From Burkholderiales bacterium (lineage in GTDB: Bacteria; Pseudomonadota; Gammaproteobacteria; Burkholderiales; SG8-41): DNA of 64,000 nt. Within the stretch, counting starts at the first letter, position 1. Each line of letters opens with the position of its first letter. Position numbers and translations under genes: made by a program. The stretch covers positions 113,719-177,718 of the forward strand of contig JAHCAI010000005.1 in assembly GCA_019634975.1 (NCBI GenBank), in the 5' to 3' direction. Below are positions 1 through 8,677 of the stretch, one piece after another. Under the pieces are notes generated by a model. That model saw only the letters and a list, made by a program, of their open reading frames with translations, was not told the origin of the DNA and did no database searches.

Positions 1-209
1 ACGCCTCCAAGATTGCCCTGGTCGAACTGGTGCGCCGCCTGGAGCGCCACCGCTTCGGGATGATCGATTGCCAGATGAACACCGCGCACCTCGCGCGCTT
101 CGGCGCCCGCGAAATTCCGCGGCAGGCATTTTCGCTGCGCCTCGGGGAATTGGTAAACTATTCCGCATCCGCCGATGTCTGGCGATCTGACGAAGACCTG
201 ACAACCTGA
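1..209 (+). CDS. aat: leucyl/phenylalanyl-tRNA--protein transferase, C-terminal fragment (gene begins upstream of the window)
   Basis: Frame 3 is open from the window edge to TGA at 207-209. The translation [43 protein letters not shown] resembles the L/F-transferase C-terminus. It is followed by bpt, the usual partner. Confidence 0.8.
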   Translation, partial: ASKIALVELVRRLERHRFGMIDCQMNTAHLARFGAREIPRQAFSLRLGELVNYSASADVWRSDEDLTT

Positions 210-218
210 GCGCCATCG

Positions 219-944
219 GTGACTTACCTTTCCGAATTTCCGCTTTCGGTGCTCCAGTTCTATGCGACGGCACCCTATCCCTGCAGCTACCTGCCCGAGC
301 GCATGGCGCGCTCCCAGGTTGCCACCCCGAGCCACCTGATCGACGGCCCGGTGTACAGCGAGCTGGTGCGTGCCGGCTTCCGCCGCAGCGGCGCTTTCAC
401 CTACCGGCCGCATTGTGATCATTGCCGTGCCTGCGTCCCGGTGCGGGTCAACGTCGAGGAATTCCGCGCCAGCCGGACGCAACGCCGTGCCTGGAAGCGC
501 CATGCGTTGCTCGACGCGCGCGTGCTCGACCTCCGGTACAACGCCGAGCACTACGCGCTGTATCTGCGTTACCAGGCCAGGCGCCATGCCGGCGGCGGCA
601 TGGACCAGGACAGCCGCGAGCAGTACCGGCACTTTCTGCTGCAGAGCAACGTCGATTCGCAGCTGGTGGAGTTCCGCGAGGGAGGCGCGTTGCGCATCGT
701 CAGCATCATCGATCAGCTGCAGGACGGGATTTCCTCGGTCTACACCTTCTTCGATCCGGACGCAGCCGGTGCGAGCTTCGGCACCTACAACATCCTGTGG
801 CAGATCGAACTCTGCCGTCAGCTCGATCTGCCCTACCTGTACCTCGGCTACTGGATCGGGCAAAGCCGCAAGATGGCCTACAAAATCCAGTTCCAGCCGA
901 TGGAAGGGCTGGTCGACGGCCGCTGGCAGCCTCTTGAGGGCTGA
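219..944 (+). CDS. bpt: arginyl/leucyl-tRNA--protein transferase (Bpt/Ate family)
   Basis: 241-aa ORF with a GTG start. The N-terminus [21 protein letters not shown] and the Cys cluster HCDHCRAC are typical of bacterial Ate/Bpt. It lies directly after aat. Confidence 0.9.
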   Translation: MTYLSEFPLSVLQFYATAPYPCSYLPERMARSQVATPSHLIDGPVYSELVRAGFRRSGAFTYRPHCDHCRACVPVRVNVEEFRASRTQRRAWKRHALLDARVLDLRYNAEHYALYLRYQARRHAGGGMDQDSREQYRHFLLQSNVDSQLVEFREGGALRIVSIIDQLQDGISSVYTFFDPDAAGASFGTYNILWQIELCRQLDLPYLYLGYWIGQSRKMAYKIQFQPMEGLVDGRWQPLEG

Positions 945-983
945 GCCGCACCCGCATCCGCCCGGGGCCGGTACAATGCCGGC

Positions 984-2009
984 ATGTATCCGCTGATCAG
1001 ACCCCTGCTTTTCGCGCTCGATGCCGAACGGGCGCACCATCTGACGCTTGAATCGCTGCGGTTCGCCGAGGCCTGCGGCCTCGCGGGCCTCTGTTCCCGG
1101 CGCATCGCAGCACTTCCGGTCAAGGTCATGGGTATCGAGTTTCCGAATCCGGTGGGCCTCGCTGCCGGCCTCGACAAGAACGGCGATTACATCGACGCGC
1201 TGGCCGCGCTGGGCTTCGGTTTTCTCGAAATCGGCACGGTGACGCCGCGACCGCAGCCGGGCAACCCGCGGCCGCGGATGTTCCGCCTGCCGGCAGCACG
1301 CGCGGTGATCAACCGCATGGGCTTCAACAACCACGGCGTCGACGCACTGCTCGCCAACGTGCGACGCGCCCGCTTCCGCGGCGTGCTCGGCATCAACATC
1401 GGCAAGAATTTCGACACCCCGATCGAGCGCGCCGCCGAGGATTACCTGGCCTGCCTGCGCAAGGTCTACGAACACGCCAGCTACGTGACCGTCAATATCT
1501 CCTCGCCCAACACGAGGAACCTGCGCCAGCTGCAGCAGGGCGACGAACTCGGCCATCTGCTCTCGGCGCTGCGCGACGAGCGAGAACGCCTCGCCGACCG
1601 CCATGGCCGGCGCGTGCCACTGGCACTGAAAATCGCGCCCGATCTCGAGGCAGACCAGGTCTCGGCCATTGCCGAACTGCTGCTCGTTCACCACATCGAC
1701 GCAGTCATCGCCACCAACACCACGACCGCGCGCGACGCCGTGGCAGAACTGCCGCACGGCAGAGAGGCCGGGGGGCTCAGCGGCGCGCCACTCACCGCAC
1801 AGGCGCAGAACATCACCGCACAGCTCGTCGCCGCGCTCGGCGGCGCCCTACCGGTCATCGGCGTCGGCGGCATCATGTGCGGTGCGGACGCGGCTGCGCG
1901 GATGGGCGCCGGAGCCAGCCTGGTCCAGCTCTACACCGGACTCGTCTACGCCGGCCCCGCGCTGGTCGGCGACTGCGTCGAAGCCATGCGGAGGGCGCAC
2001 CCGTGCTGA
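984..2009 (+). CDS. pyrD: dihydroorotate dehydrogenase (quinone), class 2
   Basis: 341 aa. Motifs: [50 protein letters not shown]. Confidence 0.95.
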   Translation: MYPLIRPLLFALDAERAHHLTLESLRFAEACGLAGLCSRRIAALPVKVMGIEFPNPVGLAAGLDKNGDYIDALAALGFGFLEIGTVTPRPQPGNPRPRMFRLPAARAVINRMGFNNHGVDALLANVRRARFRGVLGINIGKNFDTPIERAAEDYLACLRKVYEHASYVTVNISSPNTRNLRQLQQGDELGHLLSALRDERERLADRHGRRVPLALKIAPDLEADQVSAIAELLLVHHIDAVIATNTTTARDAVAELPHGREAGGLSGAPLTAQAQNITAQLVAALGGALPVIGVGGIMCGADAAARMGAGASLVQLYTGLVYAGPALVGDCVEAMRRAHPC

Positions 2010-3115
2010 TCGGCATCCCGAAAGAGATCAAGGACCATGAATACCGCGTCGGTGCCACGCCGGACGGCGTACAGGCGCTCGTCGCTGCCGGCCATGCCGT
2101 CAGGGTGCAGCGCGATGCCGGACTGCGTGTCGGCTTCGGCGACGACACCTACCGCAGCGCCGGTGCCGCAATCGTCGACTCGGCGGAAGAAGTCTATGCC
2201 GCGGAGCTGGTGATCAAGGTCAAGGAAGTCCAGCGCAGCGAATTCCCGCTGCTGAAGCCGGGCCAGATCATCTACGGCTACCACCATTTCGCGCCGGACC
2301 GCGATCTGCTTGAGGCGATGCTGCAGGCCGGCGCGACCTGCATCGCCTACGAAACCATTACCGATGATGCAGGACGCCTGCCGCTGCTGGTGCCGATGTC
2401 GCAGATCGCCGGACGCCTGGCGCCGCAAGTGGGCGCCTGGGCGCTGCAGATGGCGAACGGCGGCAGCGGCGTGCTGCTCGGTGGCGTGCCGGGCGTGCTG
2501 CCGGCCCGCGTGCTGGTCATCGGCGGCGGCACCGTCGGCGAGAATGCCGCCCGCATCGCGGTCGGCATGGGCGCCGACGTCACGCTGCTTGACCGCAGCG
2601 CCGCGCGCCTGGCTGCGCTGGAAGCGGTGTTCGGCAGCCGCCTGAAGACCGCGATATCGACGCCGCAGGCGTTGCGCACACTTCTGCCGCAGCACGACCT
2701 GGTAGTCGGGGCGGTGCTGCTGCCCGGCGCGCGTGCGCCGAAGCTGGTCACCCGCGACGACCTGCGGCGCATGCGTGCGGGCTCGGTGATCGTCGACGTC
2801 GCCATCGACCAGGGCGGCAGCTGCGAAACCTCGCGTCCGACTTCGCACACCGAGCCGCTCTACACCGAGGAAAACATCGTGCACTACTGCGTGCCCAACA
2901 TGCCCTCGGCAGTGGCCCGCACTGCGACGCTGGCGTTGACCCAGGCAACGCTGCCCCATGCGCTCGCAATCGCCAACCGCGGCCTGCGCAAAGCATTGCT
3001 GGATAACCCCCACCTGGCCGCCGGGCTGCAGACCTGCGCAGGCCGGGTCACCCACCCCGAACTAGCACGCGATCTCGGTCTGCCCTTCGTCGCGCCAGCC
3101 ACGGCCCTGTCATGA
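2003..3115 (+). CDS. ald: alanine dehydrogenase
   Basis: In-frame GTG at 2003 gives [22 protein letters not shown], the canonical Ald N-terminus, and about 370 aa. A Rossmann motif [10 protein letters not shown] is present. The longer ORF-track start at 1877 would add an Arg/Pro-rich extension that overlaps pyrD. Confidence 0.9.
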   Translation: MLIGIPKEIKDHEYRVGATPDGVQALVAAGHAVRVQRDAGLRVGFGDDTYRSAGAAIVDSAEEVYAAELVIKVKEVQRSEFPLLKPGQIIYGYHHFAPDRDLLEAMLQAGATCIAYETITDDAGRLPLLVPMSQIAGRLAPQVGAWALQMANGGSGVLLGGVPGVLPARVLVIGGGTVGENAARIAVGMGADVTLLDRSAARLAALEAVFGSRLKTAISTPQALRTLLPQHDLVVGAVLLPGARAPKLVTRDDLRRMRAGSVIVDVAIDQGGSCETSRPTSHTEPLYTEENIVHYCVPNMPSAVARTATLALTQATLPHALAIANRGLRKALLDNPHLAAGLQTCAGRVTHPELARDLGLPFVAPATALS

Positions 3116-3720
3116 CCGTGGCGGTTGAGGCCGTCGACGAGCTGTTGCCGCAGACCCAATGCCGGCAGTGCGGCTTCCCCGGCTGCCGGCCCTATGCCGA
3201 AGCCATCGCCGCGGGTGTCGTTCCGATCAATCGCTGCCCGCCGGGTGGCGACGAAGTCATCGCTGAACTCGCCGCGATGCTGGGGATCCCTCCTCTGCGG
3301 CTCGACGAAGGTTGCGGCAGCGCCGAAGCACCGGCAGTCGCCGTAATCGACGAAGCGGCTTGCATCGGCTGCACGCTGTGCATCGCCGCATGTCCGGTTG
3401 ATGCCATCGTGGGCGCGCGGCGCCTGATGCACACCGTGATCACCGCCGAATGCACCGGCTGCCGGCTGTGCCTGCCGCCGTGTCCGGTCGATTGCATCGA
3501 CATCCGGCCCACCGGGGCGCCGCGCGACCGGCAACGGCAACGGGAACTGGCCGGACGCATGCGCCAGCGCTACCTCGCGCGGGAACAGCGCCTTGCGCGT
3601 CCATCATCGCGCCGACGTGCGGCCGTGGCAACAGCGTCGACGCCGGCGGCGACACGCAAGCGCGCGGTGATCGAGCGCGCACTGTCCCGCGCACGAGCGC
3701 GCATCGCCGCAAAACGCTGA
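3112..3720 (+). CDS. RnfB/RsxB-like 4Fe-4S ferredoxin (stand-alone)
   Basis: N-terminal [16 protein letters not shown] plus two CxxCxxCxxxCP ferredoxin motifs ([24 protein letters not shown]). The ATG overlaps the ald stop (ATGA). No other rnf genes are in the window. Confidence 0.8.
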   Translation: MTVAVEAVDELLPQTQCRQCGFPGCRPYAEAIAAGVVPINRCPPGGDEVIAELAAMLGIPPLRLDEGCGSAEAPAVAVIDEAACIGCTLCIAACPVDAIVGARRLMHTVITAECTGCRLCLPPCPVDCIDIRPTGAPRDRQRQRELAGRMRQRYLAREQRLARPSSRRRAAVATASTPAATRKRAVIERALSRARARIAAKR

Positions 3721-3728
3721 AAGGACAC

Positions 3729-4682
3729 TCAGCGCCCGAATATGCCGCGCAGCAGCTGGGCGGGATCTATGCCGATACCGCTGCCGCCCTTGGGCGGCTG
3801 ATCGGCAAGCCCGCGCGCACCGTCCGCCGGCAGCGGCCTGGCCGAGCGCATCGGCCCTGCCGATTCCGCGACGCGGCGGATGTCGAGTTCGCGTCCGGAC
3901 GGGAGCGTCGCGAGCACCGGCGTCAAAGCTGCGCCCAGCTGATCGAGGCGATCCCCCGGCAGCGGATGGGTCTTGAAGAGCAGCGCAAGGGACCCGTCCG
4001 CGCTGCCGCGCGCGGCCAGCTTGTGCAGCACGTCGACCAGCCCGAAGGGGTTGTAGCCGGCGCGGGCTGCAAGCACGACGCCGATGGCATCGGCCTCGTA
4101 TTCCGCGCTCTTGTCGAGCCCGCGGGCAAACACTTCGGCACCGGTGCCGATCATGTTGTTGATCAGCGCCGAGCGGTTGTCGCGCTGGGCGAGCTGGGCG
4201 CCCGCGGACAGCGCGGCGCTCTTCTGCATCACGGTGACATGGTGGCGGCGCACCACATGGGCGATTTCATGGCCGAGCACGCCGGCGAGCTGCGCCTCGT
4301 TATCGAGGATTTCGTAGAGGCCGCGGGTCAGCATCACGTATCCCCCGGGGGCCGCAAAAGCATTGATCGACGGCGTATCAATGACCGCAAAGCGCCATGG
4401 CAGGTCGGGCCGCTCGCTCTGCACGGCCACCCAGCGCCCGACCCGGTTGACATAGGCCTGCAGCCCGGCATCGTTGACCAGCGGCGCCGCCCCGAGCATG
4501 CGGCCGGCAATCTCGCGCCCCATGGAACGCTCTTCCTGCTCGCTGACGCCCGCCACGGCGGTTACCGCGTCGCGGCCGATGCTGAAAATACGGTTCAGAT
4601 CGATGGTCTGTGCCGGCGATGCAAACGTCGCCCCCGTCAGGACAACGATTGCCGCCAGGCGCAGGAGGGTCCGCCGGATCAT
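3729..4682 (-). CDS. M48 family zinc metalloprotease, secreted
   Basis: 317 aa with a signal-like N-terminus. It has the HEIAHVVRRHH (HExxH) motif, and INAFAAPGGYVMLTRGL is typical of M48/BepA-like peptidases. Confidence 0.85.
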   Translation of the reverse strand: MIRRTLLRLAAIVVLTGATFASPAQTIDLNRIFSIGRDAVTAVAGVSEQEERSMGREIAGRMLGAAPLVNDAGLQAYVNRVGRWVAVQSERPDLPWRFAVIDTPSINAFAAPGGYVMLTRGLYEILDNEAQLAGVLGHEIAHVVRRHHVTVMQKSAALSAGAQLAQRDNRSALINNMIGTGAEVFARGLDKSAEYEADAIGVVLAARAGYNPFGLVDVLHKLAARGSADGSLALLFKTHPLPGDRLDQLGAALTPVLATLPSGRELDIRRVAESAGPMRSARPLPADGARGLADQPPKGGSGIGIDPAQLLRGIFGR

Positions 4683-5284
4683 GGCGTTGCGCCCCCCGTT
4701 TCCTGCTCTGCGGGCGCGGACGTCTGACGCAGGTAATCGATGCGGGCAGCCTGCAGCCCGGCGCCCTGAGCATGCGCTTCGGCCTGTTCGCGGCTGGCGG
4801 CAAAGCCGTCAAGCGCCTGCAGTTGGCCGTCGTCGAGACGCGCCTGCTTGAGGTCCTCCTCATCCAGTCCGCGGATGCCTATGGTGGCCGTCACATTGAC
4901 CTTCTGGCGCGGCGCAAAGACCCGGCCCAGCACCGAACCCGCGCCGCCCCCGTCGCCCGGGGACGCAGCCATGGCTCCAAACCGCAGGTTGAACGAATAA
5001 AGCCACCCGGTCGCCGTCGCCGTCCTGACCTGCACCCAGGCACCCTGGCGGGCAAGGGCCTCCCCGGCGGCACCTTTCGCAAAATTTGCGACCACAGCCG
5101 AATCGGTCCGCGGTTCGGCACGGACCACGCTGTCGCGCTCGATCGTAACCGGTTCCGCCAACGCCACCTGTGCAGTCGCGGCCAGCAGACAGGCGATCAG
5201 CCAATGCCGGACTGCCCTGCGTGTCGCCCTTTGTACCACTGCGAGTCCTCCCAGGATCCTGCGGCCCATTATAATCGGGTCCAT
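4679..5284 (-). CDS. SH3b-domain periplasmic protein (start uncertain: 5284 or 5269)
   Basis: Hydrophobic signal segment followed by an SH3b-like stretch, VVRAEPRTDSAVVANFAKG...GAWVQVRTATATGWLYSF. The stop overlaps the M48 start (ATGA). The ORF-track start at 5431 would run across the nth start. Confidence 0.55.
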   Translation of the reverse strand: MDPIIMGRRILGGLAVVQRATRRAVRHWLIACLLAATAQVALAEPVTIERDSVVRAEPRTDSAVVANFAKGAAGEALARQGAWVQVRTATATGWLYSFNLRFGAMAASPGDGGGAGSVLGRVFAPRQKVNVTATIGIRGLDEEDLKQARLDDGQLQALDGFAASREQAEAHAQGAGLQAARIDYLRQTSAPAEQETGGATP

Positions 5285-5310
5285 CCTTTCCGCACGATGT
5301 TCCTCACCCA

Positions 5311-5943
5311 TTGAATCCAGCGAAGAGACAGGCCATCTTCGAGCGGTTCCGCGCCGCCAATCCCGAGCCGCGCGGGGAACTCGAGTACTCGACGCCGTTC
5401 GAGCTTCTGGTGGCGGTGATACTGTCGGCACAGGCCACCGACAAAAGTGTCAACCTCGCGACCCGGCAGCTCTACAGGAAGGCCAACACGCCGCAAGCCC
5501 TGCTGAAGCTCGGCCTATCCGGCCTCGAGTCCCACATCAAAAGCATCGGCCTGTATCGCACCAAGGCAAAAAACATCATGGCCACCTGCGCCATCCTGCT
5601 CGACAAGCATGGCGGCGAAGTACCGCGGGACCGTGAAGCACTGGAGGCGCTGCCCGGGGTCGGCCGCAAGACGGCCAACGTGGTGCTTAACATTGCTTTC
5701 GGCGAACCGACGATCGCAGTCGACACCCACATATTCCGCATTGCCAACCGCACCGGCCTCGCCCCCGGCAAGGATCCGCTGGCAGTCGAAAAAAAGCTGC
5801 TGAAGGTGACGCCCGGGGAGTTCCGCCTGCACGCTCACCACTGGCTGATCCTGCACGGCCGCTATGTCTGCACCGCTCGCAGCCCGCACTGTCCCGAATG
5901 CCTGATCCGGGACCTGTGCGAATTCCGCGGGAAATCCGCTTAG
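5311..5943 (+). CDS. nth: endonuclease III
   Basis: 210 aa with a TTG start. Motifs: PFELLVAVILSAQATD, LPGVGRKTANVVL (HhH-GPD), and the C-terminal 4Fe-4S cluster CTARSPHCPECLIRDLC. Confidence 0.95.
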   Translation: MNPAKRQAIFERFRAANPEPRGELEYSTPFELLVAVILSAQATDKSVNLATRQLYRKANTPQALLKLGLSGLESHIKSIGLYRTKAKNIMATCAILLDKHGGEVPRDREALEALPGVGRKTANVVLNIAFGEPTIAVDTHIFRIANRTGLAPGKDPLAVEKKLLKVTPGEFRLHAHHWLILHGRYVCTARSPHCPECLIRDLCEFRGKSA

Positions 5944-5953
5944 GAGATACCCG

Positions 5954-5990
5954 CAAAAAAAACGCGCCGGCGGTTGCGCGGCGCGTTTAT
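5954..5990. terminator. bidirectional rho-independent terminator between convergent nth and cytochrome c genes
   Basis: A-run, then stem aaacgcgccg (5960-5969), a 9-nt loop and stem cggcgcgttt (5979-5988), followed by T-rich sequence. Confidence 0.6.
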
Positions 5991-6018
5991 TGGCGAAACG
6001 GGAGCGCTCAGTAAGTGC

Positions 6019-6351
6019 TCAGTACTTTGTCGTCAGCCCCTGCTGCCGCGAGTAGAACGCCGCCAGATCCTCGATGTCGCGCTTGGACAGGGCAGCGGCC
6101 AGGGGAGCCATGATGGCATTCTTGCGTTCGCCGGACTTGTATTCCGACAGGGCCTTCACCAGGTAGTCATAGTGCTGTCCGGCAAGCCGCGGGAAATCCG
6201 GAGCCGTGCTGTTGCCGTCCGGTCCGTGACAGGCGGCGCAGGACTTGGACTTTTCCTTGCCCGCGGCCGGATTGGCGGCCTGCGCGGCAGTCGCGCCGGC
6301 AATCATGGATGCCAAGCCGGCAACCCAGAGAATCTTCTTGCTGATCATCAT
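6019..6351 (-). CDS. class I mono-haem cytochrome c (c4/c553-like), periplasmic
   Basis: 110 aa from MMISKKILW. It has a signal peptide and the haem motif CAACH. GQHYDYLVKALSEYKSGER is typical of cytochrome c4-type domains. GAGG precedes the ATG. Confidence 0.8.
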   Translation of the reverse strand: MMISKKILWVAGLASMIAGATAAQAANPAAGKEKSKSCAACHGPDGNSTAPDFPRLAGQHYDYLVKALSEYKSGERKNAIMAPLAAALSKRDIEDLAAFYSRQQGLTTKY

Positions 6352-6359
6352 TCCGCCTC

Positions 6360-6704
6360 TCATTTCGAAGCCGCCCGTGCCGCCGGCGCAGCATAGTAAG
6401 CCGCAACATCCGCCATGTCCTGCTCGGACAGGCCGGCCGCAATGGCGCGCATGGAGGGATGCTTGCGATCGCCGTTCTTGTAAGCCTGCAACGCCTTGAC
6501 TATGTAGGCCGCATGCTGGCCCCCGAGCTTGGGCACATTGTAGGTGTAGGGAAATGCCGTCTTGTAGCCGGGGATGCCGTGGCATCCGATGCACATCGAA
6601 ACCTTTTCCCTGCTCACGGCCGGGTCGGCATCGGCCGCATGGGCGAGGACGGGTGACAGCGCGGTCAGCCCGAGACAGAGGCTGAGTGCAGATATCCGTT
6701 TCAT
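6360..6704 (-). CDS. class I mono-haem cytochrome c, periplasmic
   Basis: 114 aa from MKRISALSL. It has a signal peptide, the haem motif CIGCH, and GGQHAAYIVKALQAYKNGDRKH. It lies in tandem with the previous cytochrome c. Confidence 0.8.
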   Translation of the reverse strand: MKRISALSLCLGLTALSPVLAHAADADPAVSREKVSMCIGCHGIPGYKTAFPYTYNVPKLGGQHAAYIVKALQAYKNGDRKHPSMRAIAAGLSEQDMADVAAYYAAPAARAASK

Positions 6705-6763
6705 GAAAGCGCTCTTTCGTGTTTTGGGACGTTGCAGCGCCGGGATTATAGCCCAAAAAAATC

Positions 6764-6800
6764 GCTGATTGCCCAGCAAAATTAGCTGATTGCCGAGCAA
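6764..6800. promoter_or_regulatory. direct repeat GCTGATTGCC(C/G)AGCAA x2 with 21-bp period, candidate operator in the cytochrome c / SulP divergent region
   Basis: The two copies are gctgattgcccagcaa (6764-6779) and gctgattgccgagcaa (6785-6800). The second overlaps a possible -35 TTGCCG (6790-6795) that lies 18 nt upstream of GATAAT (6814-6819). Confidence 0.35.
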
Positions 6801-6880
6801 GGGCCCTATGTTTGATAATCAGGGCAGTCGCGTCGGGAATCCCATTGAAGTTTCCATCCCTATCTGTGCCCGAACTGCAG

Positions 6881-8677
6881 GTGTTCGCGGCACGGCTGTT
6901 TCCGTTCCTGAAATGGTGGCCGATGGTCAGCCGCCGGACCGTGCGCGCCGACGCGCTGGCCGGACTGACGGGCGCCATGGTGGTTTTGCCGCAGGGCGTC
7001 GCCTTCGCGACGATCGCCGGCCTGCCACCGGAGTACGGGCTCTACGCAGCCATGGTTCCGGCCGTCATTGCCGCGCTTTTCGGCTCCAGCTGGCACCTCG
7101 TTTCCGGACCGACCACCGCAATCTCGATCGTCATCTACTCGACGATGAGCGGAATCGCGGTGCCCGGAACTCCCGAATACATCCGGCTGGTTCTGATGGT
7201 GACCTTTCTCACCGGCATATTCCAGCTGGCGATGGGACTCGCCCGCATGGGCACGCTGGTCAACTTCATTTCCCACACGGTGGTGCTGGGCTTCACTGCG
7301 GGCGCCGGCCTGCTGATCATCAGCACCCAGCTGCCGAACTTCCTTGGCATCCCGATGCCGCGCGGCATCTCTTTTGCTGAAACCCTGCAACTGACGGTGG
7401 CCGGCCTCGACCAGATCAACTGGTACGTTGCATCCGTCGGCATGCTCACCCTGCTGGTGGGCCTGTTCGTAAGACGGCGGTTCAATCGCCTGCCCTACAT
7501 GATCGTGGCCATGATTGCGGGCAGCCTGTATACGGCGGCACTCGGGCTGATTCCCCAGCTTGACGCCCGCAGCCAGATCGAGACGGTCAAGGCGCTGTCC
7601 GGCGTTTTCCCGCAGTTCTCGGCACCGGAGTTCTCCCTTGAAGCCCTGCGCAAGACCGCGTCCATCGCAGTCGCCATCACCATGCTCGGGCTGACCGAAG
7701 CCGTATCCATCGCACGCGCCATTGCCGTGCGCTCGGAACAGCGCATCGACGGCAACCAGGAATTCATCGGGCAGGGACTTTCGAACATTGCCGGCAGCTT
7801 CTTCTCCGCCTACGCCTCCAGCGGATCCTTCAACCGCAGCGGCCTCAACTACGAAGCCGGGGCGCGCACCCCGCTGGCGGCAGTCCTGTCCTCGGTTTTC
7901 CTGCTGCTGATCGTGCTGATGGTGGCGCCGCTGGTGCAGTTCCTGCCAGTGCCGACCATGGCGGGCATCCTGTTCCTGGTGGCCTGGGGACTGATCGACA
8001 TCGCCCAGATCCGCAACATCATCCGCACCAGCCTGCCGGAAAGCATCGTTCTCGCCGTCACGCTGCTGGCCACGCTCTTCGTGCAGCTGGAGTTCGCCAT
8101 TTATGCAGGCATCCTGCTGTCGCTGATGCTGTACCTCAAGCGCACCTCCCACCCGGTGATACTCGACGTCAAGCCTGATCCCGGCGAGGGCAGCTACCAT
8201 TATTCGGCGGACACCGGCCTGCCCGACTGTCCGCAGCTGAAGTGCGTGCGCATCAACGGATCGCTGTTTTTCGGCGCGGTGGATCATGTGCAGCAGGTGC
8301 TGCAGCATTATGGCGAGCGCACGGCTCAGAAGCACCTGCTGGTGGTGGCCGGCGGCATCAACTTCGTCGACGTTGCAGGCGCTGAAATGCTGGCCCACGA
8401 AGCCAAGCGCCGCAAGCGCGCCGGTGGCGGGCTGTATTTCTACCGGATCAAGGACGAAGTGGTGCGACTCCTCAAGAGGGGCGGCTACATGCGCGACATC
8501 GGCGAAGACCATGTCTTCGCGGTCAGGCAGCCAGCCATTGCGGCTATCTACCCGAAACTGGACACTGCAACCTGCCGCGAGTGCAAGCTGCGCATCTTCC
8601 GCGAGTGCCGCGACAACCTTCCCGACGGGTCGCCCCGCTCCGCCGTCGCGGCGCCCGGCGCCAAGGACACGCCATGA
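6881..8677 (+). CDS. SulP family anion permease with C-terminal STAS domain (start uncertain: 6812 TTG, 6866 GTG or 6881 GTG)
   Basis: FPFLKWW...ADALAGLTGAMVVLPQGVAFATIAGLPPEYGLY is the SulP N-terminal signature. It has multiple TM segments and a STAS-like C-terminus (INGSLFFGAVDHV). GTG at 6881 gives the same spacing before FPFL as in the downstream paralog. Confidence 0.9.
   Translation: MFAARLFPFLKWWPMVSRRTVRADALAGLTGAMVVLPQGVAFATIAGLPPEYGLYAAMVPAVIAALFGSSWHLVSGPTTAISIVIYSTMSGIAVPGTPEYIRLVLMVTFLTGIFQLAMGLARMGTLVNFISHTVVLGFTAGAGLLIISTQLPNFLGIPMPRGISFAETLQLTVAGLDQINWYVASVGMLTLLVGLFVRRRFNRLPYMIVAMIAGSLYTAALGLIPQLDARSQIETVKALSGVFPQFSAPEFSLEALRKTASIAVAITMLGLTEAVSIARAIAVRSEQRIDGNQEFIGQGLSNIAGSFFSAYASSGSFNRSGLNYEAGARTPLAAVLSSVFLLLIVLMVAPLVQFLPVPTMAGILFLVAWGLIDIAQIRNIIRTSLPESIVLAVTLLATLFVQLEFAIYAGILLSLMLYLKRTSHPVILDVKPDPGEGSYHYSADTGLPDCPQLKCVRINGSLFFGAVDHVQQVLQHYGERTAQKHLLVVAGGINFVDVAGAEMLAHEAKRRKRAGGGLYFYRIKDEVVRLLKRGGYMRDIGEDHVFAVRQPAIAAIYPKLDTATCRECKLRIFRECRDNLPDGSPRSAVAAPGAKDTP

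Noticed and set aside
972-986. TACAAT at 972-977, ending 6 nt before the pyrD ATG, as evidence for a leaderless pyrD mRNA.
   Set aside because: There is no acceptable -35 hexamer at the right distance, and pyrD may be co-transcribed with bpt. This is speculative without 5'-end data.
1877-2002. N-terminal extensions implied by the ORF track for several genes: ald from 1877, SulP-2 from 8581, cyclase to 24950, waaF from 26091, FAD enzyme from 28531, aldolase from 30122, recA to 39424, hydrolase to 44440, Bug protein from 43974, dctM from 52708 and dctP to 63166.
   Set aside because: Internal starts reproduce the canonical family N-termini, often with an SD or an ATGA overlap. The extensions overlap neighbouring genes and are compositionally aberrant.
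1946-3055. Long antisense or out-of-frame ORFs listed in the track: 1946-3055(-), 3450-4727(+), 6860-8512(-), 9889-11508(-), 12767-14230(+), 14391-15761(+), 20687-22573(-), 28693-30435(-), 35750-37468(+), 42938-44968(+), 50648-52075(+), 60659-63058(+) and many shorter ones.
   Set aside because: Each lies opposite to or out of frame with a gene that has unmistakable conserved motifs. Their translations are Arg/Ala/Gly/Pro/His-rich low-complexity sequence, typical of open frames in GC-rich DNA. None has a convincing ribosome-binding site.
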